DNA of 64,000 nt, from assembly GCA_965205505.1 (NCBI GenBank), contig CBDBHB010000009.1:2528001-2592000 (forward strand), written 5' to 3'. The notes below the pieces were generated by a model. It was not told the DNA's origin, did no database searches, and saw nothing but the letters and a program-made list of their open reading frames with translations. Position 1 is the first letter of the stretch. Every line of letters begins with the position of its first letter. The position numbers and the translations under genes were made by a program. The stretch comes from Acidobacteriota bacterium. Lineage in GTDB: Bacteria; Acidobacteriota; UBA890; WLXD01. This document shows positions 1 through 10,031 of the stretch, piece after piece.

Positions 1-64
1 CACCACACTTTCACCGCGGCCTGCTAGGAGGTCGGCCCGCCACACTTCCACCACGTTCTGCTAG
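1..64. repeat. Two tandem terminal-repeat remnants of the CTAG-ended miniature element family A
   Basis: 1-27 CACCACACTTTCACCGCGGCCTGCTAG and about 38-64 CGCCACACTTCCACCACGTTCTGCTAG match the element end at 54597-54630. Confidence 0.75.
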
Positions 65-91
65 CAACAAGACTCGAGTTGGAGAAGGGCC

Positions 92-684
92 ATGACCGTT
101 CTCTCCGCGACGCTGTTGCTGCTGCTGCTGCTGGTCCTCGATCCCATCGGCAACATCCGTTTTTCCTCGCGGCGCTTTCCGACGTCGATGCGAGCCGCCG
201 CCGGCTGGTCATGGCCCGAGAGCTGTTGTTCGCCTTGGCCGCGCTGATCGCGTTTCTGTTTCTCGGCGCGCGGCTGCTGCGTCTGCTTGGAATTGCTGAG
301 CCCTCGCTCACCATCGCCGGCGGGATCATCCTCTTCACGATCGCCATCCGCATGACGTTTCCCACCGCGGGCGGGCGCGGTGAAGACATCGATGGGGAGC
401 CGTTCATCGTGCCACTGGCGATCCCCTTCGTTGCCGGACCCTCGGCGCTCGCCACCGTCTTGTTGATCATGAACCGCGAGCCCGCTCGCTGGCCCGAGTG
501 GCTGGCGGCGGTGGCCATCGCCTGGGCGATCACCGGTGCGGTGCTGTTCGTCGCCGAGCCGATGGGCCGCGTCCTGGGTCGCCGAGGTCTTCTCGCCGTC
601 GAGCGGCTGATGGGGATGATCCTCACCGCGCTGGCGGTACAGATGTTCATGGAGGGGGTTCGCCAGTTTCTGCAGGCCGGGTGA
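92..684 (+). pseudogene. marC: MarC family membrane protein, frameshifted near 157 (or sequence error)
   Basis: GGAG RBS then ATG92 reads MTVLSATLLLLLLVLDPIGNI. The continuation PFFLAAL...VPLAIPFVAGPS...ERLMGMIL is in another frame; one missing C (ATCCG vs ATCCCG) restores it. Confidence 0.8.
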
Positions 685-798
685 ACGGCGAGGGTAGCGC
701 GGCGCAGGTTCACCGGCTCAGGAATTGGCGGGTTTCGGAGGGGACCGCGGTTCGATGAACCTCCGATGGCCGCTCTTCCCGACCCGGAGCCTCTACGC

Positions 799-1530
799 CT
801 AGCGCCCGCCGAGCACGTTCCCGATGATGCCGCCAATACCGCCGCGTCCACCGCTCGAGGCATGCGCGGTCGGCAAGCGCGGTACCAACCAGTCCAGGAA
901 CGCCTGGTTCGAGCGCGTCTGCAGGTAGACAGTGCCGTTGCCGGAGAACTCCGCAACGAGTCCCTCGCCGGAGATCAGCGAGGTGAAGATTCCCGCTACC
1001 TTGCGCACGTTCCATTGTAGCGATGAGTCGAAGGCAACGATGTGACCGGTATCGATGACCAGGCTCTGCGAGCTGTCGACGGGCACCTTGTGGATGGCGC
1101 CAAAAGAGCTCAGGAGTACGTGGCCGGTGCCTTTCAAATGCAGCAAGAACAGCCCTTCAGAAGCGAAGAAAGCGCGTGCTCCACCCCACTTGATATCGAT
1201 CTCTACGCTTGGGTCGCCGGCAAGATAGGAACCCGATTGCACGTACAGGTCGCCTTCAACGAGATGGTCGACTACGTCTCCCGGCAGGCTCGGAGCGAAC
1301 GTCACGTGTCCGGCCGCCCCTTCGGGGGTGAAGGTGTTGACGAAGAATGACTCGCCGCCGAGTACCTTGCGCATGGCGCCCTTCAGTAGGCCGCCTTGGA
1401 CTCCGCTCTCGACTTTCATATTGCCGCTCATGGAGACCATAGCCCCGGACTCCGCCTTCACCGACTCGCCGGCCGCCAGCTCGACGATCCCGAGCGCATA
1501 GGACGGCCGATGCTCCACCGTGATCTTCAT
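799..1530 (-). CDS. AIM24/TIGR00266 family protein
   Basis: AESGAMVSMS, GGESFFVNTF, SEGLFLL, SSFGAI, DTGHIVAF and SGEGLV motifs. Confidence 0.9.
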   Translation of the reverse strand: MKITVEHRPSYALGIVELAAGESVKAESGAMVSMSGNMKVESGVQGGLLKGAMRKVLGGESFFVNTFTPEGAAGHVTFAPSLPGDVVDHLVEGDLYVQSGSYLAGDPSVEIDIKWGGARAFFASEGLFLLHLKGTGHVLLSSFGAIHKVPVDSSQSLVIDTGHIVAFDSSLQWNVRKVAGIFTSLISGEGLVAEFSGNGTVYLQTRSNQAFLDWLVPRLPTAHASSGGRGGIGGIIGNVLGGR

Positions 1531-1639
1531 TGCGACTCACTCCAGTTCATGCGCGTGCTCAGCACGCCACCAGTTAAGCAATACGTGCGACGACTGCCAG
1601 GTGTTTCGAATCGAAGTGGTCGGTGTCGGCCTGACCCGG

Positions 1640-2983
1640 TCAGAACGGCAGCCAAGCGAGCCACGAGTCTGGGATCGCCTTGCTGAGGTCCAGCGTCAAC
1701 ACGACCGCCATCAGTGACACCAGAATCACCAGCCCGACCTGCATGATCCGCTCCTTCACCCGTAGCGACAGGTCGCGTCGGATTGCACCCTCGAACAGAA
1801 TCAGCGCGATCTGACCGCCGTCGAGCACAGGAATGGGCAACAGGTTCAGGATGCCGAGTTGCAGGCTGATGAAGGCCATGAACGACATCACCACTGAGGG
1901 GTCGCCGGTACGCGTGGCGTCGCCCGAGAACCGGGCAATCTCGATGGGCCCGGACAGGGTCCGCACGGACATTCGGCCAGTAAACAGCCGCTTGAGGATC
2001 TCGCCGAGCAACAGCGAGTCTCGACCCAGCTTGCGGGCCGCCTCGACCAGTGCTTGGCCGAGCGGGTAGCTGCGAACCTCGAAGAAGTTCGCCGGGTTGG
2101 GCACGAAGCCGACGTCGAGCACGTCGTTGTCGCCGAGGCGTGGGGTGAGGGTCGTCTCGAAGCGATTGCCTGCGCGATCCACGGACAGCGCCAGCTGTTG
2201 CTCGGCCCCCCCACTCAACACCTCGACAAGGCGGTTCCAGTGAGAGATGTCATCGCCGTCGATGCCGACGATCAGATCGCCGGGTCGCAAGCCGGCGGAT
2301 GCGGCTATGCCGCCCTCGGTGACGGGTCCCACTTCCGGCGGTACCGGAGCGGTGACGCCGATCAGCCCTGTACCCTGTTCGCCCGATGCCATCGGCGTGA
2401 TCGGCACCGTGATCTTCGCTCCGTCGCGGATTACTCCGAGGCTCATGGGCTCGTCGGCCGAGATAAGGATGCGGATGCGGAATCGTTCCCAGTTCGGCAT
2501 GGTCTCGCCGTCGATGCTGACGACGCGATCCCCGGGCCGGAGCCCGGCCGCCTCGGCCGGGGAGTCGGTTTGTACCAAGCCGATCACGACCGGGTCGTTG
2601 GCGTCGGCCAGAACGCGAATGCCGAGCTGGTACACCCCCACGGTCAAGATGAAGGCCAGTGCGACGTTCATCGTCGGTCCGGCGAGAAGGACCAGAAAGC
2701 GTTGCCATTTCGGCTTGGCGAGATACTCGTTATCCGCGCCAGTGAGCTCCTCGTCTGGGTTTTCCCCGACCATCTTTACGTAGCCGCCGAGCGGCAACAG
2801 GCTCAAGCGGTAGTCGGTGTCACCACGGCGGAAGCCGGCCACGCGCTTGCCGAAGCCGAGCGAGAAAACCTCCACGCCGACGCCGAAGTACTTGGCCACC
2901 AGGAAGTGACCGAGCTCGTGCACGAATATGAGCACGCCGAGCACGAACAGAAGGGCCAGGGCGTTGACGAGGACGTCGAGCAT
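1640..2983 (-). CDS. rseP: RIP metalloprotease RseP
   Basis: HELGH, FSLGFG, PLGGYVKM, two PDZ domains, NLLPIPVLDGG. Confidence 0.95.
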   Translation of the reverse strand: MLDVLVNALALLFVLGVLIFVHELGHFLVAKYFGVGVEVFSLGFGKRVAGFRRGDTDYRLSLLPLGGYVKMVGENPDEELTGADNEYLAKPKWQRFLVLLAGPTMNVALAFILTVGVYQLGIRVLADANDPVVIGLVQTDSPAEAAGLRPGDRVVSIDGETMPNWERFRIRILISADEPMSLGVIRDGAKITVPITPMASGEQGTGLIGVTAPVPPEVGPVTEGGIAASAGLRPGDLIVGIDGDDISHWNRLVEVLSGGAEQQLALSVDRAGNRFETTLTPRLGDNDVLDVGFVPNPANFFEVRSYPLGQALVEAARKLGRDSLLLGEILKRLFTGRMSVRTLSGPIEIARFSGDATRTGDPSVVMSFMAFISLQLGILNLLPIPVLDGGQIALILFEGAIRRDLSLRVKERIMQVGLVILVSLMAVVLTLDLSKAIPDSWLAWLPF

Positions 2984-3082
2984 CAGACCTTGGGTCGAGG
3001 AAGTCGGAGCGAGAAGGTGATGGAAGAAACTCTACAGTAGCAGGCGTGATCCGATCAGCGCGGGGTGCCGTTGACGAGCGGC

Positions 3083-3877
3083 TCAGGCGACCCAACCAGC
3101 GGTCAGTATGAGGTACAGAGCGGCGCCAGCAGGAAGGTGGGAATCGACGCGATCGAGCACGCCGCCGTGCCCAGGTAGCAGCGTCGAGGAGTCCTTGACG
3201 CCGGCAGCGCGCTTCAGCGCCGACTCCATCAGGTCGCCAACCTGGCCGGTGGCCCCCAGTAGCACGCCGAGCCCGACAGCCTGGAGATCGCCGACGCCCG
3301 GCAGCCACATGCCGACCACATAACCGGCCGCCGCGCTGCCTACGATGCCCGACACCGTACCCTCGACCGTCTTGTTGGGCGACAGGAAGGGAGCGAGCTT
3401 GCGCCGGCCGAACGCGGTCCCACCATACAGTGCCGCGGAATCGCCCACCGCCACGGCGGCATAGGCGAACAGCAGCCATGTTTCGCCGTCTGGCAAGCGG
3501 CGCAGACCTATATGGGCGCCGGGGACCAACCCCAACCAGACGATGCCGCAAAGTGTTGCGGCTAGCGCGCCGACGAATCTCGCTGGATCCGAGTACCCCT
3601 CGCGCAGGCTGGCCGCCGTTGCCACCAACACGGCCAGGAGAAGCCACAGGAGAGGTGCACTCGGAGTAGACGATGCGAAGGACAACGCACAGCCGAGAGC
3701 CATCAAAGCACCTGGCACCGAAGCAGGCATGACGCCCAACGGGCGGACCAGACGGGCGTACTCGTTCCACGCGAGAAGCAACACGAGCGCCATCAAGAGC
3801 GCGAACGCCTGCCACGGCAGCCAGAGCACGGCCAGCAGCAGCGCGATGATCACGGCCGCTGTTGCGATGCGCCTCAC
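3083..3877 (-). CDS. cdsA: Phosphatidate cytidylyltransferase
   Basis: DSAALYGG..FGRRKLAP.LSPNKTVEG, GDLMESALKR..GVKDS..LLPGHGGVLDRVDS; GTG start overlaps the galE stop (GTGA). Confidence 0.93.
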   Translation of the reverse strand: MRRIATAAVIIALLLAVLWLPWQAFALLMALVLLLAWNEYARLVRPLGVMPASVPGALMALGCALSFASSTPSAPLLWLLLAVLVATAASLREGYSDPARFVGALAATLCGIVWLGLVPGAHIGLRRLPDGETWLLFAYAAVAVGDSAALYGGTAFGRRKLAPFLSPNKTVEGTVSGIVGSAAAGYVVGMWLPGVGDLQAVGLGVLLGATGQVGDLMESALKRAAGVKDSSTLLPGHGGVLDRVDSHLPAGAALYLILTAGWVA

Positions 3878-4887
3878 TCGGATCGCTGCGTCTGTTGGTC
3901 CGACGCATAGCCGGCCGGGTGCGACTGATGCCATGCCCAGGCATCTCGCAGAATCGTCGTCAGGTCGGAGTGCTTTGGTACCCAGCCGAGCTCGTCGCGC
4001 GCGCGCGCTGCGGAGGCGATCAGCGCCGGTGGGTCGCCGGGTCGGTTGGCCGCCGAGCGCACCGGAATCGGGTGATCGGTCACAGTGCGCGCGACCTCGA
4101 TCACCTGCATGACGGTTGATCCGGTCTCGGTGCCGAGGTTGTACACGGCGCTGCCGTTGATCGACGCGATGTTCTTCATTGCGTCGAGGTGAGCTGCCGC
4201 CAGATCCATGACATGCACGTAGTCGCGTACAGCCGTGCCGTCGACGCTGTCGTAGTTGTTGCCGTACACCTCCAGTGCGTCGGCTCTGCCCAGCGCCACC
4301 GCCAACACGCTCGGTACCAGGTTGCTTGAGGGAGTCTTGTCCTCGCCAAGCGACCCATCCGGGCGAGCGCCAGCGGCATTGAAGTAACGCAGTGACACGC
4401 CGCGCAAGCCATAGGCGGTGGCGTAGTAGCCGATGGCGCGATCTACCGCGAGCTTGGTGGCGCCGTATGCATTGATCGGCTGCGCCGGAGTCGATTCGTC
4501 GATTGGCATGCGCTCCGGTATGCCATACACAGCCGCCGTCGACGAGTGAACGATCCAACCTACGTCGCGGTCGACCATCCAATCCAACAGCGCGATGCTC
4601 TGGCAGACGTTGACGTCGTAGTAGTGGCGCGGCTGTTGCATCGACTCCTCTACGGAGCACTTAGCCGCCAGGTGCATGACCCCGTCGGGCCGCTGGGGTA
4701 CGGCATCGAGAGCCGCTCGATCGCCGCAACTCCCGACGATGAGCTCGACTTCGAGCGGCAGGGCGGCACGGTGACCCGACGAAAGATCGTCGACGACACA
4801 CACTCTATGCCCGGCATCGATCAGCGAACGAACGATGTTGCAGCCGACGTAGCCGGCCCCTCCCGTAACCAAGACGTATTTCGACAA
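3874..4887 (-). CDS. galE: UDP-glucose 4-epimerase
   Basis: TGGAGYVG, SSTAAVYG, YGATK, LRYFNAAGA, DGTAVRDYVHV, YNLGT. Confidence 0.9.
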   Translation of the reverse strand: MSKYVLVTGGAGYVGCNIVRSLIDAGHRVCVVDDLSSGHRAALPLEVELIVGSCGDRAALDAVPQRPDGVMHLAAKCSVEESMQQPRHYYDVNVCQSIALLDWMVDRDVGWIVHSSTAAVYGIPERMPIDESTPAQPINAYGATKLAVDRAIGYYATAYGLRGVSLRYFNAAGARPDGSLGEDKTPSSNLVPSVLAVALGRADALEVYGNNYDSVDGTAVRDYVHVMDLAAAHLDAMKNIASINGSAVYNLGTETGSTVMQVIEVARTVTDHPIPVRSAANRPGDPPALIASAARARDELGWVPKHSDLTTILRDAWAWHQSHPAGYASDQQTQRSE

Positions 4888-4943
4888 TGGCGGCTCGCGG
4901 GTGGTGGAAGGGCTGAGTGTACTGCCTTCGCCGTCGAGTCGCG

Positions 4944-5684
4944 CTACGCGTTAGGCGAGTAGCGCACCGCAGCCAGGCACAAACCATGGGCCGGCGCGGT
5001 GGCACCCGCGGAGGCCCGATCGCCAGACTTGGCGAGATCGGCGAGGTCGGCCGGGTCGCGCCGCCCTAGCCCAACGTCGACCAGCGTGCCGACCATACCG
5101 CGCACGGCATAGCGTAGAAAGCTACGCCCCTCAACACGAATCTTGATCACGTCGTTGCCCTCCACCGCGATCGCCTCGAGCGGTCGGTCGGGGCGGTTGT
5201 CGGTCACCGGCTGGGTAGCGAACGCGCGTTGGTCGAGTGGCCCAAGCAGGTGCTTTGCAGCTTGTTGCATGGCCGCGAGGTCCAGCTTGGCAGAGACGTG
5301 GCAGGCAAACGGAGCACGGAAGGGCGAGGCCACCGGCCGATTGTCGATCGTATACACGTAGAGCTTTCCGATGGCCGAGTGGCGGGCATGGAACCGGGCG
5401 CCCGCTGGCCGGCAATCCAACACCCGGATGTCGTTCCCTAGCCGTGCGTTCAGGGCAGCGAAGATCTCCTCGGGGGTGCGTTCGATCTCACTATCGAGGT
5501 GGGCCACCTGCCCGCGGGCGTGAACACCGGCATCGGTCCGGCTTGCCCCGGTAGCCGCGACATCGGTGCCAGCCACCGGTACGGCGGCCTCCTCGATGGC
5601 GGCCTGGACGGTTGGCGCCGCGGGTTGTCGTTGCCATCCCGCGTAGGAGGTCCCAACGTAGGCCAGCGTGAGCTTCAATCGCAT
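4944..5684 (-). CDS. truA: tRNA pseudouridine(38-40) synthase
   Basis: Y.GWQRQ, ASRTDAGVHARGQ, FHAR, SFLRYAVR.MVG, TAPAHGLCL. Confidence 0.95.
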   Translation of the reverse strand: MRLKLTLAYVGTSYAGWQRQPAAPTVQAAIEEAAVPVAGTDVAATGASRTDAGVHARGQVAHLDSEIERTPEEIFAALNARLGNDIRVLDCRPAGARFHARHSAIGKLYVYTIDNRPVASPFRAPFACHVSAKLDLAAMQQAAKHLLGPLDQRAFATQPVTDNRPDRPLEAIAVEGNDVIKIRVEGRSFLRYAVRGMVGTLVDVGLGRRDPADLADLAKSGDRASAGATAPAHGLCLAAVRYSPNA

Positions 5685-5690
5685 GGGGCG

Positions 5691-5700
5691 ATGGTATCCT
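5691..5700. promoter_or_regulatory. Overlapping divergent -10 elements for truA (TACCAT, minus) and def (TG-G-TATCCT, plus)
   Basis: Minus-strand hexamer lies 6 nt before the truA ATG; plus strand has an extended -10 upstream of def. Confidence 0.5.
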
Positions 5701-5734
5701 GACGTTTCCTGCCGCCCCGACCCGGTCGCGAGTA

Positions 5735-6247
5735 ATGGCCGTTCTTCCTATCGTCAAGTATCCCGATCCACGCCTCGAAGAGCCTACGCAGACGGTCGAG
5801 TGTTTCGACAACGAGCTGCGAGATCTGGCCGAGGACATGATCGAGACTCTGCACGCTGCCCCCGGTATCGGGCTGGCGGCTCCTCAGATCGGTCGCACCG
5901 CGCGGATCACGGTGGTCGATCTGTCGGCGGGCACCGAAGCCGACGAGTTGCTCGTGTTGGTGAACCCTGTCGTCGTGGCCGAGAGCGGCAGAGTGAGCGA
6001 GGATGAGGGGTGCTTGTCGTTTCCCGACCTGACACTCGTTGTGCCGCGTCCGAAGCGCGTCGTTGTTGAAGCGCAGAATCTCGACGGCGAACCGTTCAGC
6101 ATCGAAGCCGAGGAACTTCTGGCGCGGTGTCTGCACCATGAGCTCGACCATCTCGACGGGGTCCTGTTCATCCGGCGCGTATCGCCGCTGAAGCGCGACC
6201 TGGCCCGGCGCAAGATCCAGAAGAAGATCCGTGCCGGAGAGTGGTAG
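5735..6247 (+). CDS. def: Peptide deformylase
   Basis: GIGLAAPQIG, EGCLS, HELDHLDG. Confidence 0.96.
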   Translation: MAVLPIVKYPDPRLEEPTQTVECFDNELRDLAEDMIETLHAAPGIGLAAPQIGRTARITVVDLSAGTEADELLVLVNPVVVAESGRVSEDEGCLSFPDLTLVVPRPKRVVVEAQNLDGEPFSIEAEELLARCLHHELDHLDGVLFIRRVSPLKRDLARRKIQKKIRAGEW

Positions 6248-7208
6248 CGCCACGCCGCCCGGCGCCGGCCTCCGGGTCTTCTTCATGGGTACGCCCGAGC
6301 TGGCGGTGCCGACGCTGGCGGCGCTGGCCGATGCCGAGGATGTTGTCGGCGTAGCCACCCAGCCGGATCGCCGTTCCGGGCGCGGTCGGCAGACGCTAGG
6401 GTCGCCGGTGAAGGCCTGGGCGGTAGAGCACGCCGTGCCTCTCGAGCAGCCTTCGTCCCTGCATGCTGCCGACGTTGTCGCCGCGATGCGTAGCTATCGA
6501 CCTGATGTCATCGTGGTGTTCGCTTACGGTCTCATTCTTCCCGCCGAGCTCCTCGAGATGCCGCCGCTCGGCTGCGTTAACGTGCACGCTTCACTGCTGC
6601 CCCGCCATCGTGGGGCGAGCCCGATTCAGGCAGCGATTCTCGCCGGCGACACGGTAACCGGCGTCACCACCATGCTGATGAACGAGGGTCTCGACACGGG
6701 TCCGATCCTGCAGCAAACAGAGGTGCCAATGTGCAGCGACGACACCGCGGCGACCGTCGGACAGCGGCTTGCCTCGGCGGGCGCGATGCTGGCCGCCAAG
6801 ACCTTGCGCGAGCTGGCGGCCGGCCGCATCGTGGCGCGGGAGCAGGACGAATCTGCAGCCACTATGACGCGACTGTTGCGCAAGTCCGATGGCCGGATCA
6901 ACTGGACACAGAGCGCCCTCCAGATCGATCGTCGCGTCCGGGCCATGCAGCCATGGCCGGTCGCGTTCGGGGATCTCGGCGGCACGCGCGTGCAGATCTG
7001 GCGAGTCGAGCCGGGGCCGGAGAGCACGCTGCAGGTTGGTGAGGTCCAGGCAAACGCGGACGGCCTCGTGGTCGGGTGTGGCGATGGCCAGAGCCTCCGC
7101 ATCGTCGAGTTGCAACGAGCCGGCGGCCGCCGGCTGGTGGTAGCGGAGTTCTTGCGGGGTTTCGTGATAGCGCCCGGCGATCACTTCAGCAGCGGCACGC
7201 CGAGTTGA
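6231..7208 (+). CDS. fmt: Methionyl-tRNA formyltransferase (start uncertain)
   Basis: FMGTPE, TQPDR..GRG, NVHASLLPRHRGASPIQ, GLDTGP. Confidence 0.95.
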   Translation: MPESGSATPPGAGLRVFFMGTPELAVPTLAALADAEDVVGVATQPDRRSGRGRQTLGSPVKAWAVEHAVPLEQPSSLHAADVVAAMRSYRPDVIVVFAYGLILPAELLEMPPLGCVNVHASLLPRHRGASPIQAAILAGDTVTGVTTMLMNEGLDTGPILQQTEVPMCSDDTAATVGQRLASAGAMLAAKTLRELAAGRIVAREQDESAATMTRLLRKSDGRINWTQSALQIDRRVRAMQPWPVAFGDLGGTRVQIWRVEPGPESTLQVGEVQANADGLVVGCGDGQSLRIVELQRAGGRRLVVAEFLRGFVIAPGDHFSSGTPS

Positions 7209-7213
7209 GCGCG

Positions 7214-8536
7214 ATGGACGGTGACGTCGCCGGCGTTGCGAGCCGTGCGCTGGCGCTGAGCGTGCTGGTAAAAGTGGAGCGAGGTGGTCGCAGCGATCGT
7301 CTGCTGGACGCAGCGCTACGGGCGTCACCGCTCGAGGCGCGTGATCGACGCCTGGCGACGGAGATCATCTATGGATCGCTGCGGCGGCAGGCGACCCTCG
7401 ATCGAACCCTAACGAGGTTCTGTGACCAGCCGCTCGAACGGCTTGAGCCGGTGGTGCGCTGCACCCTTCGGCTGGCGGCATATCAGTGTGCTTTCCTAGG
7501 GTCGGTGCCGTGTCACGCAGCAGTCTTCGCCAGCGTCGAGGCGGTGAAGGCGCACCGCCCGCGGGCAACTGGCCTCGTCAACGGGGTCTTACGGGCCTGG
7601 CTGAGAGCCGGTGCGCTGCTCGATGAGGGCGACGGCTCGTTGGCGGCGCGCCTCGACGTGCCCCCGTGGCTCGCGAAACGCTGGCTGGCTCGCTACGGGG
7701 AGGCGGCGACGGAGGCGTGGTGGCGGGCGGCGCTCGAGCCGGCGCCGCGCGCGCTGCGGGTGCACCCCCGGGTGCTCTCGACGGCTGCGGCGCTGGCGAT
7801 GCTGGGGGATGCGGGAGTTGTCGCCGAGAAAAGCCCGGCAGTTGATCACTGCGTGCGCGTTAGCCGAGGTTCGCTCGCCGCGTGTGATGCGCTCCACAAG
7901 GGTCTCATGACGCCGCGCAACGAGGCTGGCCAGCTGGTGACAGAGTTGCTTCCCCCGGGCGACGGCTGGACCGTCGATGCCTGTGCGGGTCGCGGCGGCA
8001 AGTCGGTTCAATTGGCGGAGGCGGGAGCCCCGGGCGTTCTGGCGCTCGACGTCGACGCGACTCAGCTTGGCGACGCCAGAACGGCGGCAGCAAATGCCGC
8101 CACACCCGAGGTACGGTTCGCCTGCGCCGACCTGACGTCGGCGTTCCCGGTGCGAGGACGGTTCGATCGGATTCTCGTCGACGCTCCGTGCTCAGGGGTC
8201 GGAACAGTGCGTCGGCACCCGGAGATCAAGTGGCGGCTTGACGCGCGCCGGCTCGGCCGCCTGGCGCGTCGTCAACGTCAGTTGCTGTCGCGGGGTCTGG
8301 CGGCGCTGGCGCCAGGAGGGCTCCTCCTCTACGTTACCTGTTCGACCGAGCCGGAGGAGAACGAGGCGGTGATCGAGGCAGTGATGCGGTCGCACCGCCA
8401 CATCCGCCAGAAGGCCCTCGAATTCGACTCGGTGGCCGACGTGATCGGCAACGACGGCTGCTTCCGCACCTACCCGGTACAGCCCGAGCTGGACGGGTTC
8501 TTCGCCGCGCTGCTATGGCGCCAACCCAAGGGCTGA
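7214..8536 (+). CDS. rsmB: 16S rRNA m5C967 methyltransferase RsmB/Sun
   Basis: NusB-like N-terminus, DACAGRGGKS, DAPCSGVG..RRHPEIKW, YVTCS..PEENE. Confidence 0.9.
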   Translation: MDGDVAGVASRALALSVLVKVERGGRSDRLLDAALRASPLEARDRRLATEIIYGSLRRQATLDRTLTRFCDQPLERLEPVVRCTLRLAAYQCAFLGSVPCHAAVFASVEAVKAHRPRATGLVNGVLRAWLRAGALLDEGDGSLAARLDVPPWLAKRWLARYGEAATEAWWRAALEPAPRALRVHPRVLSTAAALAMLGDAGVVAEKSPAVDHCVRVSRGSLAACDALHKGLMTPRNEAGQLVTELLPPGDGWTVDACAGRGGKSVQLAEAGAPGVLALDVDATQLGDARTAAANAATPEVRFACADLTSAFPVRGRFDRILVDAPCSGVGTVRRHPEIKWRLDARRLGRLARRQRQLLSRGLAALAPGGLLLYVTCSTEPEENEAVIEAVMRSHRHIRQKALEFDSVADVIGNDGCFRTYPVQPELDGFFAALLWRQPKG

Positions 8537-8626
8537 CATGGCGCCCATGGTATACTCGACCTCGCTGGCAACCGCTGGCGGAGCCTTAACGTTGGGCGCC
8601 TCCTGCGCCGCAAACCCTGCTCTTCC

Positions 8627-9367
8627 GTGGCATCCCTGACGTCCCGATTCGCGTCCGTGTTGCGACTCGCGCTGCTGTTGCCCGTGTGCGGGTTTCTGTT
8701 CGTGCTGAGCGGCTGGCTCGCCACGAGGATCGCCGTCGGCGGTCCGGCCGATCGCGTTCCTGACGTCGTCGGCCTCTCGGTGGAAGACGCTTCGGCGCGG
8801 CTTGCTGCCGTGGGCATGCATGCCGACTTGGACGACGACCTGATGGAAGAGGCTGACATCCCGGCCAACCACGTGGCGCGCCAGGATCCGGGACCGGGAA
8901 CGCCGGTAAAGCGGGTGCGCAACGTACGGCTGATGCTGTCGACGGGACCGCGGACGCTCACCCTCCAGTCGATGGTCGGTGAGACGCGATCGCGGGCCGA
9001 GATCGCGCTGCAGCAACAGGGGTTCGATGTCGACTATGTGGCGTTGGCACCGAGCCCGAACGTACCCCGTGGCACGGTCATCGGCCAGGAGCCCGACCCG
9101 GCCGAGTTGCCGCCCGGAGAGGTCGTGCCCCTACGGTTATTGGCCTCGTTGGGCGCTCCGCCGCGCTACTACGTGATGGCCGATCTGGTGTCGCTGCCAG
9201 TGAGGGAAGTCCGCCCCTACCTGGAAGCCAGGGGCTTTCGGGTAAGTGAAGAGCCCAATCGTCGCGAGGTGGCGAATGTCCCGCCCGGGACGATCGTAAG
9301 CCAGCTGCCGTTCCCAGGCTTCAAGATTGCGGCCGGCGGTCAGATCACCCTGCGGGTGAGCCGGTGA
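8627..9367 (+). CDS. PASTA domain-containing membrane protein (three PASTA repeats, no kinase domain)
   Basis: N-terminal TM then VPDVVGLS..., Q.P.PG repeats; extended -10 TGGTATACT at 8548-8556. Confidence 0.8.
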   Translation: MASLTSRFASVLRLALLLPVCGFLFVLSGWLATRIAVGGPADRVPDVVGLSVEDASARLAAVGMHADLDDDLMEEADIPANHVARQDPGPGTPVKRVRNVRLMLSTGPRTLTLQSMVGETRSRAEIALQQQGFDVDYVALAPSPNVPRGTVIGQEPDPAELPPGEVVPLRLLASLGAPPRYYVMADLVSLPVREVRPYLEARGFRVSEEPNRREVANVPPGTIVSQLPFPGFKIAAGGQITLRVSR

Positions 9368-10029
9368 GCCAGCCGCTCGTCGCAGCGTCGCTGCTTGCTG
9401 CCGATCAGACCAACGTGGCAGCGGCAGTGGGCCTTCTCGACGAGCGTTGCGACATCTTTCATGTGGATGTGATGGACGGACACTTCGTGCCCAATATCTC
9501 GATGGGACCTGCCGTCGTCGAGGGCTTGCGCCCGCGCACATCGACGCCGCTCGACGTGCATCTCATGGTGGCAAACCCTGGTGCATGGCTGGAGCGCTAT
9601 CGGGCTGCGGGGGCCGACTGGATCAGCGTTCATGCGGAGGCCACCGCGCATCTGGAGCGCACTGTGAGCCAGGTGCGCGAGTGCGGCGCGCGTGCGGGTG
9701 TCGCGCTGAATCCGACGACGCCGCCGAATGGTCTCGAGTACGTGCTTCAGGATGGTGACTTCGTGGTCGTGATGACGGTCAATCCCGGGTATGGAGGACA
9801 GAGCTTCTTGCCGACGTCGGTGGCGAAAATCGGCGCCGTTCGCCGATACCTCGACGATGCTGGCCTCGGAGGTGTGGATATCGAGGTCGACGGCGGTATT
9901 GACATGACCAACGCAGGGGAGTGTGTGAGCGCCGGGGCCGCGGTCCTGGTGGCCGGGTCGGCGATTCTCAAGGCGCCAGATCCGGTGCAGGCGGCTCGCG
10001 CCATACGCGCCGCGGCGGCCGCAGGCTGA
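9364..10029 (+). CDS. rpe: Ribulose-phosphate 3-epimerase
   Basis: HVDVMDGHFVPN, DVHLM, MTVNPGYGGQ, EVDGG. Confidence 0.96.
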   Translation: MSQPLVAASLLAADQTNVAAAVGLLDERCDIFHVDVMDGHFVPNISMGPAVVEGLRPRTSTPLDVHLMVANPGAWLERYRAAGADWISVHAEATAHLERTVSQVRECGARAGVALNPTTPPNGLEYVLQDGDFVVVMTVNPGYGGQSFLPTSVAKIGAVRRYLDDAGLGGVDIEVDGGIDMTNAGECVSAGAAVLVAGSAILKAPDPVQAARAIRAAAAAG

Positions 10030-10031
10030 CC

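Noticed and set aside
1-64. CRISPR array from tandem about 27-bp repeats (also 52306-52410)
   Set aside because: Only two units, irregular spacing, identical to MITE termini dispersed elsewhere, and no cas genes.
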